From positions 129,763-193,762 of the forward strand of contig JAADHF010000131.1 of NCBI GenBank assembly GCA_013151965.1: 64,000 nt of DNA, written 5' to 3'. Made by a program: the position numbers and the translations under genes. This DNA is from Spirochaetota bacterium. Its GTDB lineage: Bacteria > Spirochaetota > Spirochaetia > SZUA-6. Shown in pieces: positions 21,530 to 31,889 of the stretch; within the stretch, counting starts at the first letter, position 1; every line of letters begins with the position of its first letter. The notes beneath the pieces were generated by a model. It saw only the letters and a list, made by a program, of their open reading frames with translations. It was not told where the DNA came from and did no database searches.

Positions 21530-21584
21530 TTGACATTCTGTCCAGATGGGATAGTATGGTATGTGATTGGTGGGAAATTGTGGG
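21530..21584 (+). promoter_or_regulatory. mraZ promoter (TTGACA-16nt-TAGTAT) followed by two GTGGG direct repeats at 10-bp spacing (putative MraZ operator).
   Basis: -35 TTGACA at 21530-21535 and -10 TAGTAT at 21552-21557. GTGGG at 21570-21574 and 21580-21584 with GTGAT at 21563-21567. MraZ proteins bind GTGGG-type repeats in their own promoters. Confidence 0.5.
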
Positions 21585-21614
21585 AAAAAATAGAATAAAG
21601 TGGAATAAATTAGC

Positions 21615-22064
21615 ATGATAACCGGTGAATATCGTTACTCATTGGATGAAAAGGGAAGATTAATGATCCCGTCTAAGATGAGAGCGGAAATAGCCGGTAA
21701 TGTAATGATCCTTACCCGCGGAGTCGATAGGTGTCTATGGATATTTCCCACCGATGAGTGGAAGGGTATTTCCGCCAACATCTTGGAATCGACATCGCTT
21801 TTTCAGGAGAAAGCAAGGCTGATTCAGCGCCGTATAATTGCTCCGGCCCAGGAAGCTGAGATTGATAAGTCCGGCAGGATGAGCATTCCCCAGACTTTAA
21901 GAGAGTATGCTCATTTAAAAAAGGAATGTATTGTGCTGGGCATGCTCCGTTACGTCGAAATATGGGATGAAGAGACATACATGAGATACCTCGAAAGTAC
22001 AGAGGATAGTTTCAAGGAAGCCGCAGAGGAGCTCGGCGGAAAAATTAACTGGTGGCACTCTTAA
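21615..22064 (+). CDS. mraZ: Transcriptional regulator MraZ.
   Basis: Two DXXXR motifs (DEKGR, DKSGR). First gene of the dcw cluster. Confidence 0.9.
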   Translation: MITGEYRYSLDEKGRLMIPSKMRAEIAGNVMILTRGVDRCLWIFPTDEWKGISANILESTSLFQEKARLIQRRIIAPAQEAEIDKSGRMSIPQTLREYAHLKKECIVLGMLRYVEIWDEETYMRYLESTEDSFKEAAEELGGKINWWHS

Positions 22065-22097
22065 GGACAGACTTTATAGGAACTCTCTATTTGAGAG

Positions 22098-23090
22098 TTG
22101 TTTCCTGACAATAGCGCTTTATTAAAAGAAAGGTGGGATTTAATTAAAAAAATGGTGAGCACGGTTGTTCATGTACCTGTATTGCTGGATGAAGCAGTCT
22201 CTTTGTTAAGTCCGGACAACGAAACTTCGACCATGATAGATGGTACAATCGGAGAAGGCGGGCATGCCGGGTATTTTTTAAGTAAATTTCCCGGGCTTTT
22301 TTTAATCGGCATCGACCAGGACCTTAAAATACTAGAAAAGGCCCGTGAAAGGCTTAAACCTTACAAAAGACGCATACAATTGATAAACGGACGATTTTCT
22401 CACGTCTTTTCAAATTATAATTCTTATGCGGATAGAAAACCGGATATAATTTTCCTCGATCTGGGGATATCAAGGTATCACTTTGAGGAGAGCGGGCTTG
22501 GCTTTTCCTTTCTTCGGGATGAGCCCCTCGATATGCGGCTCGACAGAAACTTAAAATTAAACGCATCATATATTGTAAATAACTTCAACGAGAAAGAACT
22601 TGTTAAGATCTTTTTCGATTACGGCGAGGAACGTTTTGCACGGAGGATTGCCGGGAGGATTACTGCTGCAAGAAGGGATAAGAAGATAACCACTTCCGGA
22701 GAATTAGCGGAGATTGTACGGCGTTCGGTTCCCCCGGCTTACAGGCATAGAAGAATTCATCCTGCCACAAAAATATTTCAGGCACTTCGTATTGCCGTAA
22801 ACGGAGAACTGGAAGAACTTAAAGAGGGTCTTCTTCCTGCATGCAGTATATTGCAGCCGGGCGGCAGAATAGGGATTATATCGTTTCATTCTCTGGAAGA
22901 CAGAATTGTAAAACATTTTTATAAAGAAATGGCGGGAAACTCTTTAAACAGTCCGGAAATGCCGAATTCTCAAAGTAGAGGAGAGTTTAAAATAATTACA
23001 AAAAAACCGGTACGTCCGGGAGAAGCGGAGGTACAGCGGAACCCTGCATCGAGAAGTGCACTATTCCGTGTAATGAGGAAGATAAAATGA
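22098..23090 (+). CDS. rsmH: 16S rRNA (cytosine1402-N4)-methyltransferase RsmH (MraW).
   Basis: DGTIGEGGHAGYFL SAM-binding motif. HVPVLLDEA is typical of RsmH N-termini. An alternative start at ATG 22152 (MVSTVVHVPVLL) is plausible. Confidence 0.85.
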   Translation: MFPDNSALLKERWDLIKKMVSTVVHVPVLLDEAVSLLSPDNETSTMIDGTIGEGGHAGYFLSKFPGLFLIGIDQDLKILEKARERLKPYKRRIQLINGRFSHVFSNYNSYADRKPDIIFLDLGISRYHFEESGLGFSFLRDEPLDMRLDRNLKLNASYIVNNFNEKELVKIFFDYGEERFARRIAGRITAARRDKKITTSGELAEIVRRSVPPAYRHRRIHPATKIFQALRIAVNGELEELKEGLLPACSILQPGGRIGIISFHSLEDRIVKHFYKEMAGNSLNSPEMPNSQSRGEFKIITKKPVRPGEAEVQRNPASRSALFRVMRKIK

Positions 23091-23362
23091 AAAAGATGAC
23101 TGTTCTTCTATTGATCGTATCGATTCCTGTTTTACTGTTTCTTGTAACGTGGCAGAATATAAGGTTCACCGAATTATCTTCCAGTATAGGGATTATAAAG
23201 AAACAGCAGGAGGAAACTCTGGAAAAGAACAAAAGCATAATCGTGGGATTGGCCATTCTGCGGTCACCGAAGAGAATAGAGAACATAGGTTTAAAAGACT
23301 TAAGGCTTCATGAAGCTAAACCTTCGGAAGTGATAATAATTACAGGAAAGGGAGTAAAATAG
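23087..23362 (+). CDS. ftsL: Cell division protein FtsL-like (small bitopic membrane protein).
   Basis: 91 aa with a single TM (LLLIVSIPVLLFLV) and a coiled-coil tail. Position is between rsmH and murF. ATGA overlap with rsmH. Confidence 0.6.
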   Translation: MKKMTVLLLIVSIPVLLFLVTWQNIRFTELSSSIGIIKKQQEETLEKNKSIIVGLAILRSPKRIENIGLKDLRLHEAKPSEVIIITGKGVK

Positions 23363-23368
23363 CAGGTT

Positions 23369-24787
23369 ATGGGAGGGGTTGCTGTTAACAGAAGATTATT
23401 TTCTCTTGATTGTGTAAAAGAATCCGTAAAGGGTGTATTTGCCGTGGAAGAGAATTCCCGCTGTAATATAGAGGCAGTTACTATCGATTCGAGGGAAGCC
23501 GCTGAAAACTCGCTGTTTATACCGCTGCCGGGTTTAAAAACAGACGGGCATAATTTCGTTAAAAGTGCACTCTTAAACGGTGTTTCTGCCGCACTTATAG
23601 AAAAAAAGTGGTTTAGCAAATTAGAAGCTGATATAGTTCCGCTCGCTGAAAAAAAGAAAGCGTCGTTAATCCTGGTGGATAATGCGTTAACGGCACTGCA
23701 GAATCTGGGGAAGAATTATCTTGAGCGTTTTAATACTTTAGTAAAAATAGGCATAACCGGCAGCAGCGGAAAGACTACCACAAAGGAAATGCTTGCTTCG
23801 ATTCTATCCGTCCGCCACAATACCGCTGCCAATGTTAAGAATCTGAATTCCGAGATCGGAGTGCCTTTAACGGCATTCAGGGTGCATGGAGACCATGAAT
23901 ATGCTGTATTCGAAATGGGCACAAATCATCCGGGCGAAATGGCTGTACTTGCCGGTATTGTTCGCCCGCATTACGGGATTGTCACGAATATAGGAAAAAC
24001 GCACCTGGAATTTTTCGGTTCGGAGGAGGCGGTTGCCAGGGAAAAGGCGGATATTTTTAAATATTTTACAGGTTCGGAAACTGCTTTCCTTAATGAAGAG
24101 GAACCCTTGCTGCACCTTCTTAAGGAAAATATCAGGGGACAGGTGATTCTGTACGGAACAAAAGCTACTGCGGGTTTTGAGGGATATGAAAATCATGGGC
24201 TGGATGGATTAATCATTCACTGGGAGGGGCTCCGGATTTCTTTATCCCTCTGCGGGCAGTACAATATATTAAATGCCCTCGCTGCAATCAGCACCGCCGT
24301 TCATCTGGGGATATCCGGAGAGGACATAAAAGACGGACTGGAAAGGGTCGGCCCGCTCTTCGGAAGGTCGCAGGTTCTTCACGGAGGAATTACCATCCTG
24401 CTGGATTGTTACAATTCGAACCCCGGTTCCGCCCGGAGTGCAGTTGAGTTTCTGGAAAAAGTCGAATGGAAAGGACGTAAAATAGCTGTGCTGGGCCCAA
24501 TGTTCGAACTCGGGAAGCTTTCCGAATCCGAACATTCAGAACTTATTAATTTTACTCTTGGCAAAAGGCTCGATGCGGTTATTTTTTTCGGAGAAGAGTT
24601 TCGGCATGGTTTTAGACCGGCAAAGACAGAAGCAGCGGATAAAAATAATATTTTTATAAAGGCTGAAGATTTCGATGAGCTTAAGAACGCGGTAAAAAAA
24701 TATTTAAAAAAAGGTGATCTTGTGCTTTTAAAGGCTTCGAGGGGGGCAGAGCTCGAGAGGCTCGTGCCTGTTATAAAAGAAATATGA
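23369..24787 (+). CDS. murF: UDP-N-acetylmuramoyl-tripeptide--D-alanyl-D-alanine ligase MurF (Mur ligase family).
   Basis: Mur ligase P-loop GITGSSGKTTTKEML. It lies immediately upstream of mraY. The MurE alternative cannot be excluded by eye. Confidence 0.7.
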   Translation: MGGVAVNRRLFSLDCVKESVKGVFAVEENSRCNIEAVTIDSREAAENSLFIPLPGLKTDGHNFVKSALLNGVSAALIEKKWFSKLEADIVPLAEKKKASLILVDNALTALQNLGKNYLERFNTLVKIGITGSSGKTTTKEMLASILSVRHNTAANVKNLNSEIGVPLTAFRVHGDHEYAVFEMGTNHPGEMAVLAGIVRPHYGIVTNIGKTHLEFFGSEEAVAREKADIFKYFTGSETAFLNEEEPLLHLLKENIRGQVILYGTKATAGFEGYENHGLDGLIIHWEGLRISLSLCGQYNILNALAAISTAVHLGISGEDIKDGLERVGPLFGRSQVLHGGITILLDCYNSNPGSARSAVEFLEKVEWKGRKIAVLGPMFELGKLSESEHSELINFTLGKRLDAVIFFGEEFRHGFRPAKTEAADKNNIFIKAEDFDELKNAVKKYLKKGDLVLLKASRGAELERLVPVIKEI

Positions 24788-24800
24788 AACAGGAAAAATT

Positions 24801-25880
24801 ATGGTTTTAAAATTATTATATCCCTTTGTAAAGTATTTCACTTTCTTTAACATTTTCCAGTATATAACATTCCGTGCCGCATATGCAGCTATAACTGCGC
24901 TTTTAATCTCTTTTCTCTTAGGCCCCTGGCTTATCTCCAAACTTCGCCGGATTAAATTCGGCCAGTCCATCAGAACAGACGGACCGAGTACGCATCTTGC
25001 AAAATCCGGCACACCCACTATGGGCGGTTTGCTCATTATCTTTTCGATTGTCGTGTCGGTTCTGTTTTGGCAGGACCTCGATAATCCTTTTACATGGATT
25101 TTGCTCTTAACCACCGTAGGTTACGGGTTTATCGGATTTCTGGATGATATGATTAAAATACGGAAAAAGAATTCAAGCGGCTTAAGTGCAGGCATAAAAT
25201 TCTCCGGGCAGATTATTCTATCCCTTGTAATAGTGATGATCCTGTTTATAAACAGAACCCCGGCTACTACTATGCTCTATATTCCGTTTATAAAACATCC
25301 GGTTGCAGACCTTTCGTATTTCTACATACCCTTTGCCGTTACACTTCTGGTTGGTACTTCGAATGCAGTAAACCTTACCGACGGATTGGACGGCCTTGCT
25401 ATCGGGCTTGTTATTATGGTAGGTATAACATTTGCTATTATTGCATATCTGACAGGACATAGTGTGGTGTCTAAGTATCTGCAGATTCCCTTTGTAAAGC
25501 ACAGCTGGGAACTGACCGTCTTCTGTCTTGCGCTGGTGGGCGCATCCGTAGGTTTTCTCTGGTTTAATGCTCATCCTGCGGAAATCATGATGGGGGATAC
25601 GGGCAGTTTAGCGTTAGGCGGAGCGATAGGAGTGACATCCCTTATTATAAAGAAAGAAATTCTCCTTATAATCGTCGGGGGGGTTTTTGTGCTGGAAGCT
25701 CTGTCCGTGATTATTCAGGTTGTATATTATAAATTTACAAAAAAGCGGGTGTTTAAAATGGCGCCGATACATCATCACTTCGAACTGCTCGGATGGGCGG
25801 AGAGCAAGGTTGTAATACGGTTCTGGATTTTAGGCGGACTTTTTGCCATTTTAAGCCTTTCCACACTGAAGATTCAGTAG
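24801..25880 (+). CDS. mraY: Phospho-N-acetylmuramoyl-pentapeptide transferase MraY.
   Basis: NAVNLTDGLDGLA and multiple TM helices. PIHHHFE motif. Confidence 0.9.
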   Translation: MVLKLLYPFVKYFTFFNIFQYITFRAAYAAITALLISFLLGPWLISKLRRIKFGQSIRTDGPSTHLAKSGTPTMGGLLIIFSIVVSVLFWQDLDNPFTWILLLTTVGYGFIGFLDDMIKIRKKNSSGLSAGIKFSGQIILSLVIVMILFINRTPATTMLYIPFIKHPVADLSYFYIPFAVTLLVGTSNAVNLTDGLDGLAIGLVIMVGITFAIIAYLTGHSVVSKYLQIPFVKHSWELTVFCLALVGASVGFLWFNAHPAEIMMGDTGSLALGGAIGVTSLIIKKEILLIIVGGVFVLEALSVIIQVVYYKFTKKRVFKMAPIHHHFELLGWAESKVVIRFWILGGLFAILSLSTLKIQ

Positions 25881-25896
25881 AAACAGAGGGGAGAAA

Positions 25897-27000
25897 TTGG
25901 AAAAAATAGAAAGGAAATCAGCCGATTTTGTACTGCTGCTCGATTTGTTTCTTTTAGTCGGGCTCGGTATTATTACGCTTTTTTCCGCTTCCTCCTACTA
26001 TTCCGAAAAAATATTTAACGATCCCTTTTACTATCTGAAAAAACAGAGTCTATGGATTATCATAGGAGGTTTTCTGATACTCATAAGTTCCATTACACCG
26101 ATCGACATTCTTAAAAAAATGGCTCCTGCTGTACTGTTTGTCTCTTTTGTACTTGTTATGATGACGTTCATTCCGGGTCTGGGAAAGTCGGTGCTTGGTG
26201 CAAAGAGGTGGATATTTCTCTTCGGAATGTCTTTCGAACCCTCCGAACTTGTTAAATTTGCAGTAGTGCTCTATCTGTCTGTAATCTTAAGTAAGAAATA
26301 CGACAGGATAAACGATCCGGTTAATTCGATTCTCCCGCCTTTGATTGTCGTTTCGGTATTTGTTGCGCTCATCTATCTGCAGAATGATTTTTCGACTGCT
26401 TTTTTTATTCTTTTTATAGCACTTTCCATGTTTTTTATCGCAAGAGTAAAAATGATTTATTTTATTCTATTGGGTACCGTTATCGTACCTTTAAGCTTTT
26501 TACTGCTCTTTACCAAAGAACACAGGGTAAAACGTATTATTGCCTTTTTAAATCCTTTAAGTGATCCTTCGGGAAGCGGTTTTCAGGTTATTGCAGCTAA
26601 ATCCGCACTTATAAACGGAGGCTTCTGGGGCAGCGGGCTCGGTCTGGGTGTTAAGAAACTCGGAGGACTTCCGGAGGCCCATTCCGATTTTATTTTTGCG
26701 GTTATCGGCGAAGAAATGGGTTTTTTAGGTGCGATTATTGTCATAACACTCTTTGTAATATTCGCCTGGCGGGGATACACGCTTGCTTTTAAGTCGGAAG
26801 ATGAATTCGGGTATTATCTTGCATTCGGGGTCAGCACCGTTATAGTTTTTCAGGCTCTGCTTAATATGGCCGTCGTTGCGGGCATCGTGCCTGCAACCGG
26901 AATCCCGCTGCCGTTTTTCTCGGCAGGCGGTTCTTCTCTGCTCATGACCATGCTTATGTCCGGTTTGCTCTTAAATGTATCGAGGAAGGTGTATGGCTGA
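25897..27000 (+). CDS. ftsW: SEDS-family cell division protein FtsW.
   Basis: Polytopic SEDS protein (SELVKFAVVLY; PATGIPLPFFSAGGSSL). dcw context. Confidence 0.85.
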   Translation: MEKIERKSADFVLLLDLFLLVGLGIITLFSASSYYSEKIFNDPFYYLKKQSLWIIIGGFLILISSITPIDILKKMAPAVLFVSFVLVMMTFIPGLGKSVLGAKRWIFLFGMSFEPSELVKFAVVLYLSVILSKKYDRINDPVNSILPPLIVVSVFVALIYLQNDFSTAFFILFIALSMFFIARVKMIYFILLGTVIVPLSFLLLFTKEHRVKRIIAFLNPLSDPSGSGFQVIAAKSALINGGFWGSGLGLGVKKLGGLPEAHSDFIFAVIGEEMGFLGAIIVITLFVIFAWRGYTLAFKSEDEFGYYLAFGVSTVIVFQALLNMAVVAGIVPATGIPLPFFSAGGSSLLMTMLMSGLLLNVSRKVYG

Positions 27001-27799
27001 AGCGGTTATTATAAATAACAGAAAGATAAAATCCAGAGAGGCATTTCTTAATAGTATGATGTGGGTACTTATCGGCATACTCTTTCTTTTCCTTGCCGGT
27101 GAAATTATCGCACAATTTTTTATTATTCCGAATTTACTTATTAAGCATATAACTATAGAATCGGATTTTTCCGTTTCAAAAGAGGCCGTACTGAAACTGG
27201 CAGGGATTTCCGGCAGATCGTACTATTTTAAACTGAATCCGGAGCTGCTCGCTAAAAGAATCGGTGAATATCCGCTGGTCAAAACTGCGGTTGTAAAAAA
27301 GATATTTCCTGATACACTGAAAATAATACTTACGGGAAGAAAACCCCTTGCGGTTGCACTTGTCGAGGTAAACAACAGGAGTATTCCCGTTGCAATGGAT
27401 GAGGATGGTGTTATTTTTCTTATGGGAAAGTCGGTAAATGATGTAAATATGCCTGTAATATCGGGTCTTGAGTTTAAAGAGGTTCGTGTAGGCACCGTCC
27501 TTCCGGAAATGATTAAGCCTCTCCTTAAAGATCTGTACAGGCTTAAGGAAGATCACCCGAATCTTTTTAAAATAATTTCGGAAATCAGAATTATCCCGAA
27601 GGGTGCATCCGGATATGAACTTGTATTTTGCCCTGTTTCGTATAATGTAAAAGTAAGGCTCGGTAAAAGACTCGAGGCAAAATCCCTGCAGTATGCGATG
27701 ATGGTTCTCGACCTTTTAAAAGATGAGATCAGAGCAAAGAAAGTGGAGGAACTTGATTTTCGGGAAGGTAATATCGTTTATAAAGTGAGGGAGGAATAA
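26993..27799 (+). CDS. ftsQ: Cell division protein FtsQ/DivIB (POTRA-containing).
   Basis: Single TM (MMWVLIGILFLFLAGEIIAQFFIIP) followed by POTRA-like and beta domains. It lies between ftsW and ftsA. The ORF track starts at 26975, but ATG 26993 (MAEAVII...) is the more plausible start. Confidence 0.65.
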   Translation: MAEAVIINNRKIKSREAFLNSMMWVLIGILFLFLAGEIIAQFFIIPNLLIKHITIESDFSVSKEAVLKLAGISGRSYYFKLNPELLAKRIGEYPLVKTAVVKKIFPDTLKIILTGRKPLAVALVEVNNRSIPVAMDEDGVIFLMGKSVNDVNMPVISGLEFKEVRVGTVLPEMIKPLLKDLYRLKEDHPNLFKIISEIRIIPKGASGYELVFCPVSYNVKVRLGKRLEAKSLQYAMMVLDLLKDEIRAKKVEELDFREGNIVYKVREE

Positions 27800-27803
27800 T
27801 CTC

Positions 27804-29039
27804 TTGAACCAGGAAACAATGGTAGTAGGTTTGGATATAGGGACTACGAAAGTCTGTGCGATCATCGGCCAGTACAATGAAAACGGTATGATGGAAATAA
27901 CGGGTGTAGGTACAACGCCGTCCAGAGGTTTGCGCAGGGGAGTCGTTATAAACATAGAGTTAACGGTAAAATCCGTTCTTAATGCAATAGAAGCTGCGGA
28001 AATGATGTCTGGCAGGGAGGTTCATGATGTGTATACAGGGATTGCCGGAGGTCATATAGAGGGAATTAACAGCCGCGGAGTGGTTGCAGTAACGGGAAGA
28101 AACAGGGAGATTACCAAAGAGGATGTGGACCGTGTTATCGATGCTGCCCGGGCTATCGTTATACCGATGGACCGTGAAGTTCTTCATGTTATACCCCAGG
28201 AATTTATAGTGGACGAACAGGGCGGGATAAAGAACCCGCTCGGCATGATCGGCGTCAGGCTGGAATCCGAAGTACATATCATAACAGGTGCTGTGACCTC
28301 TGCTCAGAATATTGTAAGATGTGTAAACCGTGCGGGTTTTAAGGTTAATGATATAGTACTCGAGCCTCTTGCCTCATCCAAAGCTGTCCTTTCCGATGAT
28401 GAAAGAGAGCTCGGAGTGCTGCTTATAGATCTAGGCGGAGGAACCACGGACATACTTGTGTACCTTGAAGGTGCGCCGTATCACACCGGAGTGCTCTCCC
28501 TCGGAGGCGATCAGGTTACAAACGATCTTTCGATTATACTGAAAACTCCCATGGAATCCGCGGAACAGATAAAGCGGGAATCGGGAGGCTGCAGGATGAG
28601 CCTTGTGGAAGAGGAAGAGGATGTTGTTATTCCGGGTGTGGGAGGAAGGCCTCCGCGGAGAATATCCAGGAAACAGATAGTGGAAATTATTCAGCCGAGA
28701 ATGGCGGAAATATTCGGCATGGTAAAAGAACAGATTGATAAAAAGGGATATCTGAAACTATTAGGCGGGGGAGTCGTGATAACAGGAGGAGGATCTCTGC
28801 TGCCCGGAACAGCCGAGCTGGCATCGGAAATATTCGGCCTTCCCTCGAGAATAGGATATCCTGTTAAACTCGGCGGACTGGTGGAAGAGTACTATAATCC
28901 CATGTTTGCCACGGGGGTAGGGCTTGTATTGTACGGAGCTTCCAGAAGCAGTACGGAATACTTTGATACGACATCGAGCGAAGGTACGTTTTCGAGTGTA
29001 TGGGAAAGAATGAGAAAATGGTTTAAGGAGTTCTTTTGA
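27804..29039 (+). CDS. ftsA: Cell division protein FtsA.
   Basis: Actin-fold phosphate-1 motif VVGLDIGTTKVCAI. TTG start 9 nt after GAGGGAGG. Confidence 0.9.
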   Translation: MNQETMVVGLDIGTTKVCAIIGQYNENGMMEITGVGTTPSRGLRRGVVINIELTVKSVLNAIEAAEMMSGREVHDVYTGIAGGHIEGINSRGVVAVTGRNREITKEDVDRVIDAARAIVIPMDREVLHVIPQEFIVDEQGGIKNPLGMIGVRLESEVHIITGAVTSAQNIVRCVNRAGFKVNDIVLEPLASSKAVLSDDERELGVLLIDLGGGTTDILVYLEGAPYHTGVLSLGGDQVTNDLSIILKTPMESAEQIKRESGGCRMSLVEEEEDVVIPGVGGRPPRRISRKQIVEIIQPRMAEIFGMVKEQIDKKGYLKLLGGGVVITGGGSLLPGTAELASEIFGLPSRIGYPVKLGGLVEEYYNPMFATGVGLVLYGASRSSTEYFDTTSSEGTFSSVWERMRKWFKEFF

Positions 29040-29081
29040 AAAAATGAGCTTCTGATTTCATATATAAAACTGGAGGGGGAC

Positions 29082-30239
29082 ATGAATATCGAATTTCTTG
29101 AGGAGAAAAATTCCAATCCGACTACTATTAAAGTAATAGGAGTGGGCGGCGGCGGCAGTAATGCTGTAAACCGCATGATTACAAGCGGTTTAAAGAATGT
29201 GGAGTTTATTGCCGTAAATACCGACCTGCAGGCACTGGAAATGTCCAAAGCGGAGATGAAACTTCCGATCGGCACAAAATTAACAGGCGGCCTCGGTGCA
29301 GGCGGGGTGCCGGAAATCGGAGAAAAAGCCGCACTTGAAGATCAGGATGAAATAGAAACTTTTCTCCGCGGATCTGATATGGTTTTTATTACCGCAGGCA
29401 TGGGGGGAGGAACAGGTACCGGGGCGGCACCCATAATTGCTCATATTGCCCGTGAATGTAATTCTCTGACTGTTGCCGTTGTGACAAAGCCTTTCGATTT
29501 TGAGGGAAAACGCAAAATGATGATTGCAAACGAAGGAATCGAAAAGCTCAGGGCGGAAGTGGATACACTTATAGTTATTCCCAATCAATACCTCCTTAAG
29601 GTTGTGGAGCGAAGGACTCCCATTAAAGAGGCATTTTTTCTTGCGGATGATGTCTTAAGGCAGGGAGTGCAGGGAATTTCCGATCTTATAACCGAACCGG
29701 GCGAAATAAACATAGATTTTGCAGATGTAAGAACCATTATGAAAGGCAAGGGTGATGCTCTTATGGGCATAGGCGTCGGCAAGGGAGATAACAGGGCTGT
29801 AGATGCCGCTACGAATGCAATTAACAATCCTCTGCTGGAAGATGCACAAATCGAAGGTGCAAAGGGAATCCTTGTGAGTGTTACAGGCGGAAACGATCTC
29901 TGCCTTTCCGAATACGAAGAGGTCTTAAAAATAATTACGGCAAATGCGGATGACGATGCGCTTATTATTGCCGGAAACAGCATAAGCAGTGCCCTGACCG
30001 ATCAGATAAAGGTAACTGTCATTGCTACCGGTTTTAAGAGCGAAAAGAGGGATACAGGGGAAACGGCCAGGCAGAATACCAATAAAGAAATAATTTCGTA
30101 CGAGGAATGGATTAATATGAGCAAAGGCATAGGAAAAACAGGCAGCGGCGGATTTTTAATGGGGCGTAACTCCGGCGAAAATGATTTAAATGTACCGACT
30201 GTCTTACGGGAGAAAAATATTATTGGAAAAAAAGATTAG
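29082..30239 (+). CDS. ftsZ: Cell division GTPase FtsZ.
   Basis: Tubulin signature [20 protein letters not shown] and [13 protein letters not shown] are present. Confidence 0.95.
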   Translation: MNIEFLEEKNSNPTTIKVIGVGGGGSNAVNRMITSGLKNVEFIAVNTDLQALEMSKAEMKLPIGTKLTGGLGAGGVPEIGEKAALEDQDEIETFLRGSDMVFITAGMGGGTGTGAAPIIAHIARECNSLTVAVVTKPFDFEGKRKMMIANEGIEKLRAEVDTLIVIPNQYLLKVVERRTPIKEAFFLADDVLRQGVQGISDLITEPGEINIDFADVRTIMKGKGDALMGIGVGKGDNRAVDAATNAINNPLLEDAQIEGAKGILVSVTGGNDLCLSEYEEVLKIITANADDDALIIAGNSISSALTDQIKVTVIATGFKSEKRDTGETARQNTNKEIISYEEWINMSKGIGKTGSGGFLMGRNSGENDLNVPTVLREKNIIGKKD

Positions 30240-31125
30240 AAATAACGATAAAGATTATCTGTCTCTCTTCGAAGAGTATTTAAGAGCGGAAATAAGGCTT
30301 TCTGCGAATAGTGTGGAGACTTATCTCTCCGAATGCCGTCTGTTTGCCGATTACCTGGAATTACTCGGCCATAGTTTCCTGACAGTCGATTCGCGTGATG
30401 TTATCGAATATTTTGTTCACAGACAATTAACAGGTGCATCCCAGAGGACAATAGCCAAATCGATTTCCAGTCTGCGCTCTTTATTTAAATTTCTGACAGT
30501 GGAAAAACACAGAAATGATAATCCGATGGAATGGATCGAAAGCCCAAGGGTGGGCCGGTCCATACCGAGGGTTTTTTCTCTCGAGGAAATCGATTTATTC
30601 TTAAATACGATCGATACGGAATCATCCCTCGGGGTAAGAGACAGGGCAATGTTCGAGCTTATATACTCGTGCGGTTTAAGAGTTTCCGAAGTCGTCGAAT
30701 TAACTCTGGATCGTGTTTATTTAAAGGAAAGCCTGGTTCGGATAGTGGGGAAGGGTAACAGAGAACGTCTTGTGCCCATGGGTGAAGAGGTAAAATATTG
30801 GCTTAAACTCTATTTAAAGGAAGCAAGGCTTAAGCTGCTTAAACATAAAAAACTGCAGTCATTATTTCTTAACCACCTGGGAAATAAATTAACAAGGAAG
30901 GGTATCTGGCTGCGCTTTAAGGAAACCGCCAGAACTGCGGGAATCGATGGGAAGGTGCATACCTTGAGGCATTCTTTTGCAACCCACCTGCTGCAGGGCG
31001 GTGCAAATCTGCGGTCTGTTCAGGAGCTTCTGGGACATTCGAATATCAGTACAACACAGATATACACGCATATAGGAAAGAAGGAACTGCATAGGTATCA
31101 TGAGACGTATCACCCGAGAGGATGA
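30223..31125 (+). CDS. xerD: Tyrosine recombinase XerD-like.
   Basis: Collinear with E. coli XerD. R...K ([10 protein letters not shown])...[12 protein letters not shown]...[16 protein letters not shown] contains the catalytic Tyr. The ORF track start 30190 overlaps ftsZ. TTG 30223 ([13 protein letters not shown]) is the more plausible start. Confidence 0.85.
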   Translation: MEKKIRNNDKDYLSLFEEYLRAEIRLSANSVETYLSECRLFADYLELLGHSFLTVDSRDVIEYFVHRQLTGASQRTIAKSISSLRSLFKFLTVEKHRNDNPMEWIESPRVGRSIPRVFSLEEIDLFLNTIDTESSLGVRDRAMFELIYSCGLRVSEVVELTLDRVYLKESLVRIVGKGNRERLVPMGEEVKYWLKLYLKEARLKLLKHKKLQSLFLNHLGNKLTRKGIWLRFKETARTAGIDGKVHTLRHSFATHLLQGGANLRSVQELLGHSNISTTQIYTHIGKKELHRYHETYHPRG

Positions 31126-31889
31126 AAATGATAAGAAGTACCGGTAAAAAAAAGGCCTTTATACTTAATATGGGAATTGTTCTTTCGGTTCTGGTACTGA
31201 GCCTTATTGTTTTTTCGTGCGACAGAAAAGAATCATACTATTTCGATAATCTTTTAAAAATGGAAAAGAAAGGTTATAAGGGGCAGAAATCATCAAAAAG
31301 ATCTATAGAAAAGCTTAAAAAGGGGATAGAAAAGTACCGGAAAGAGGTGGAAAGGACAGTACGCGCATCGGAACAGTTGGGAATTTATTATAAAATGCTG
31401 GCTGTGAAATATATGTATGAGAAAATGTACGGTGAAGCCGCTGCAAGTCTTAAAAAAGCTCTGGCAATATATCCGGAAAATCCGATTTTATTTTATCTTA
31501 CAGGGGTGTGTTACGGATATCTATCAAGAGCTCAAGTAGAAGAAAGTGAAAGAGACAGTTATATTTTAAAGGCGGAAAAGTACTACAAACATGCACTGAA
31601 CATCGACCCTGCATATTCGGATGCTTTATACGGTCTTTCCATACTGTATACATTCGAGGTGAATAAGCCTGAAAAAGCCCTGCCTCTTCTTAAAAGGCTG
31701 TTAAAAAAGGAAAAGGAAAATACGGATGCCATGTTTGTGCTGGCACGGGTTTATTATGACTTATCTCAGTATGAGAGAGCGGTGGAGATTTACAATAGAA
31801 TTATTAAAAGTTCGACTTCCAAAATCAGGAAGAACAAGGCCTTAGTGGATAAAGAAAAAGTAGAGGCGGAAATTTATGGAAAAAAATAA
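31122..31889 (+). CDS. TPR-domain lipoprotein.
   Basis: Lipobox LIVFSC after a hydrophobic segment. TPR-like helices follow (ALAIYPENPILFYLTGVCYGY...). Confidence 0.55.
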   Translation: MKMIRSTGKKKAFILNMGIVLSVLVLSLIVFSCDRKESYYFDNLLKMEKKGYKGQKSSKRSIEKLKKGIEKYRKEVERTVRASEQLGIYYKMLAVKYMYEKMYGEAAASLKKALAIYPENPILFYLTGVCYGYLSRAQVEESERDSYILKAEKYYKHALNIDPAYSDALYGLSILYTFEVNKPEKALPLLKRLLKKEKENTDAMFVLARVYYDLSQYERAVEIYNRIIKSSTSKIRKNKALVDKEKVEAEIYGKK

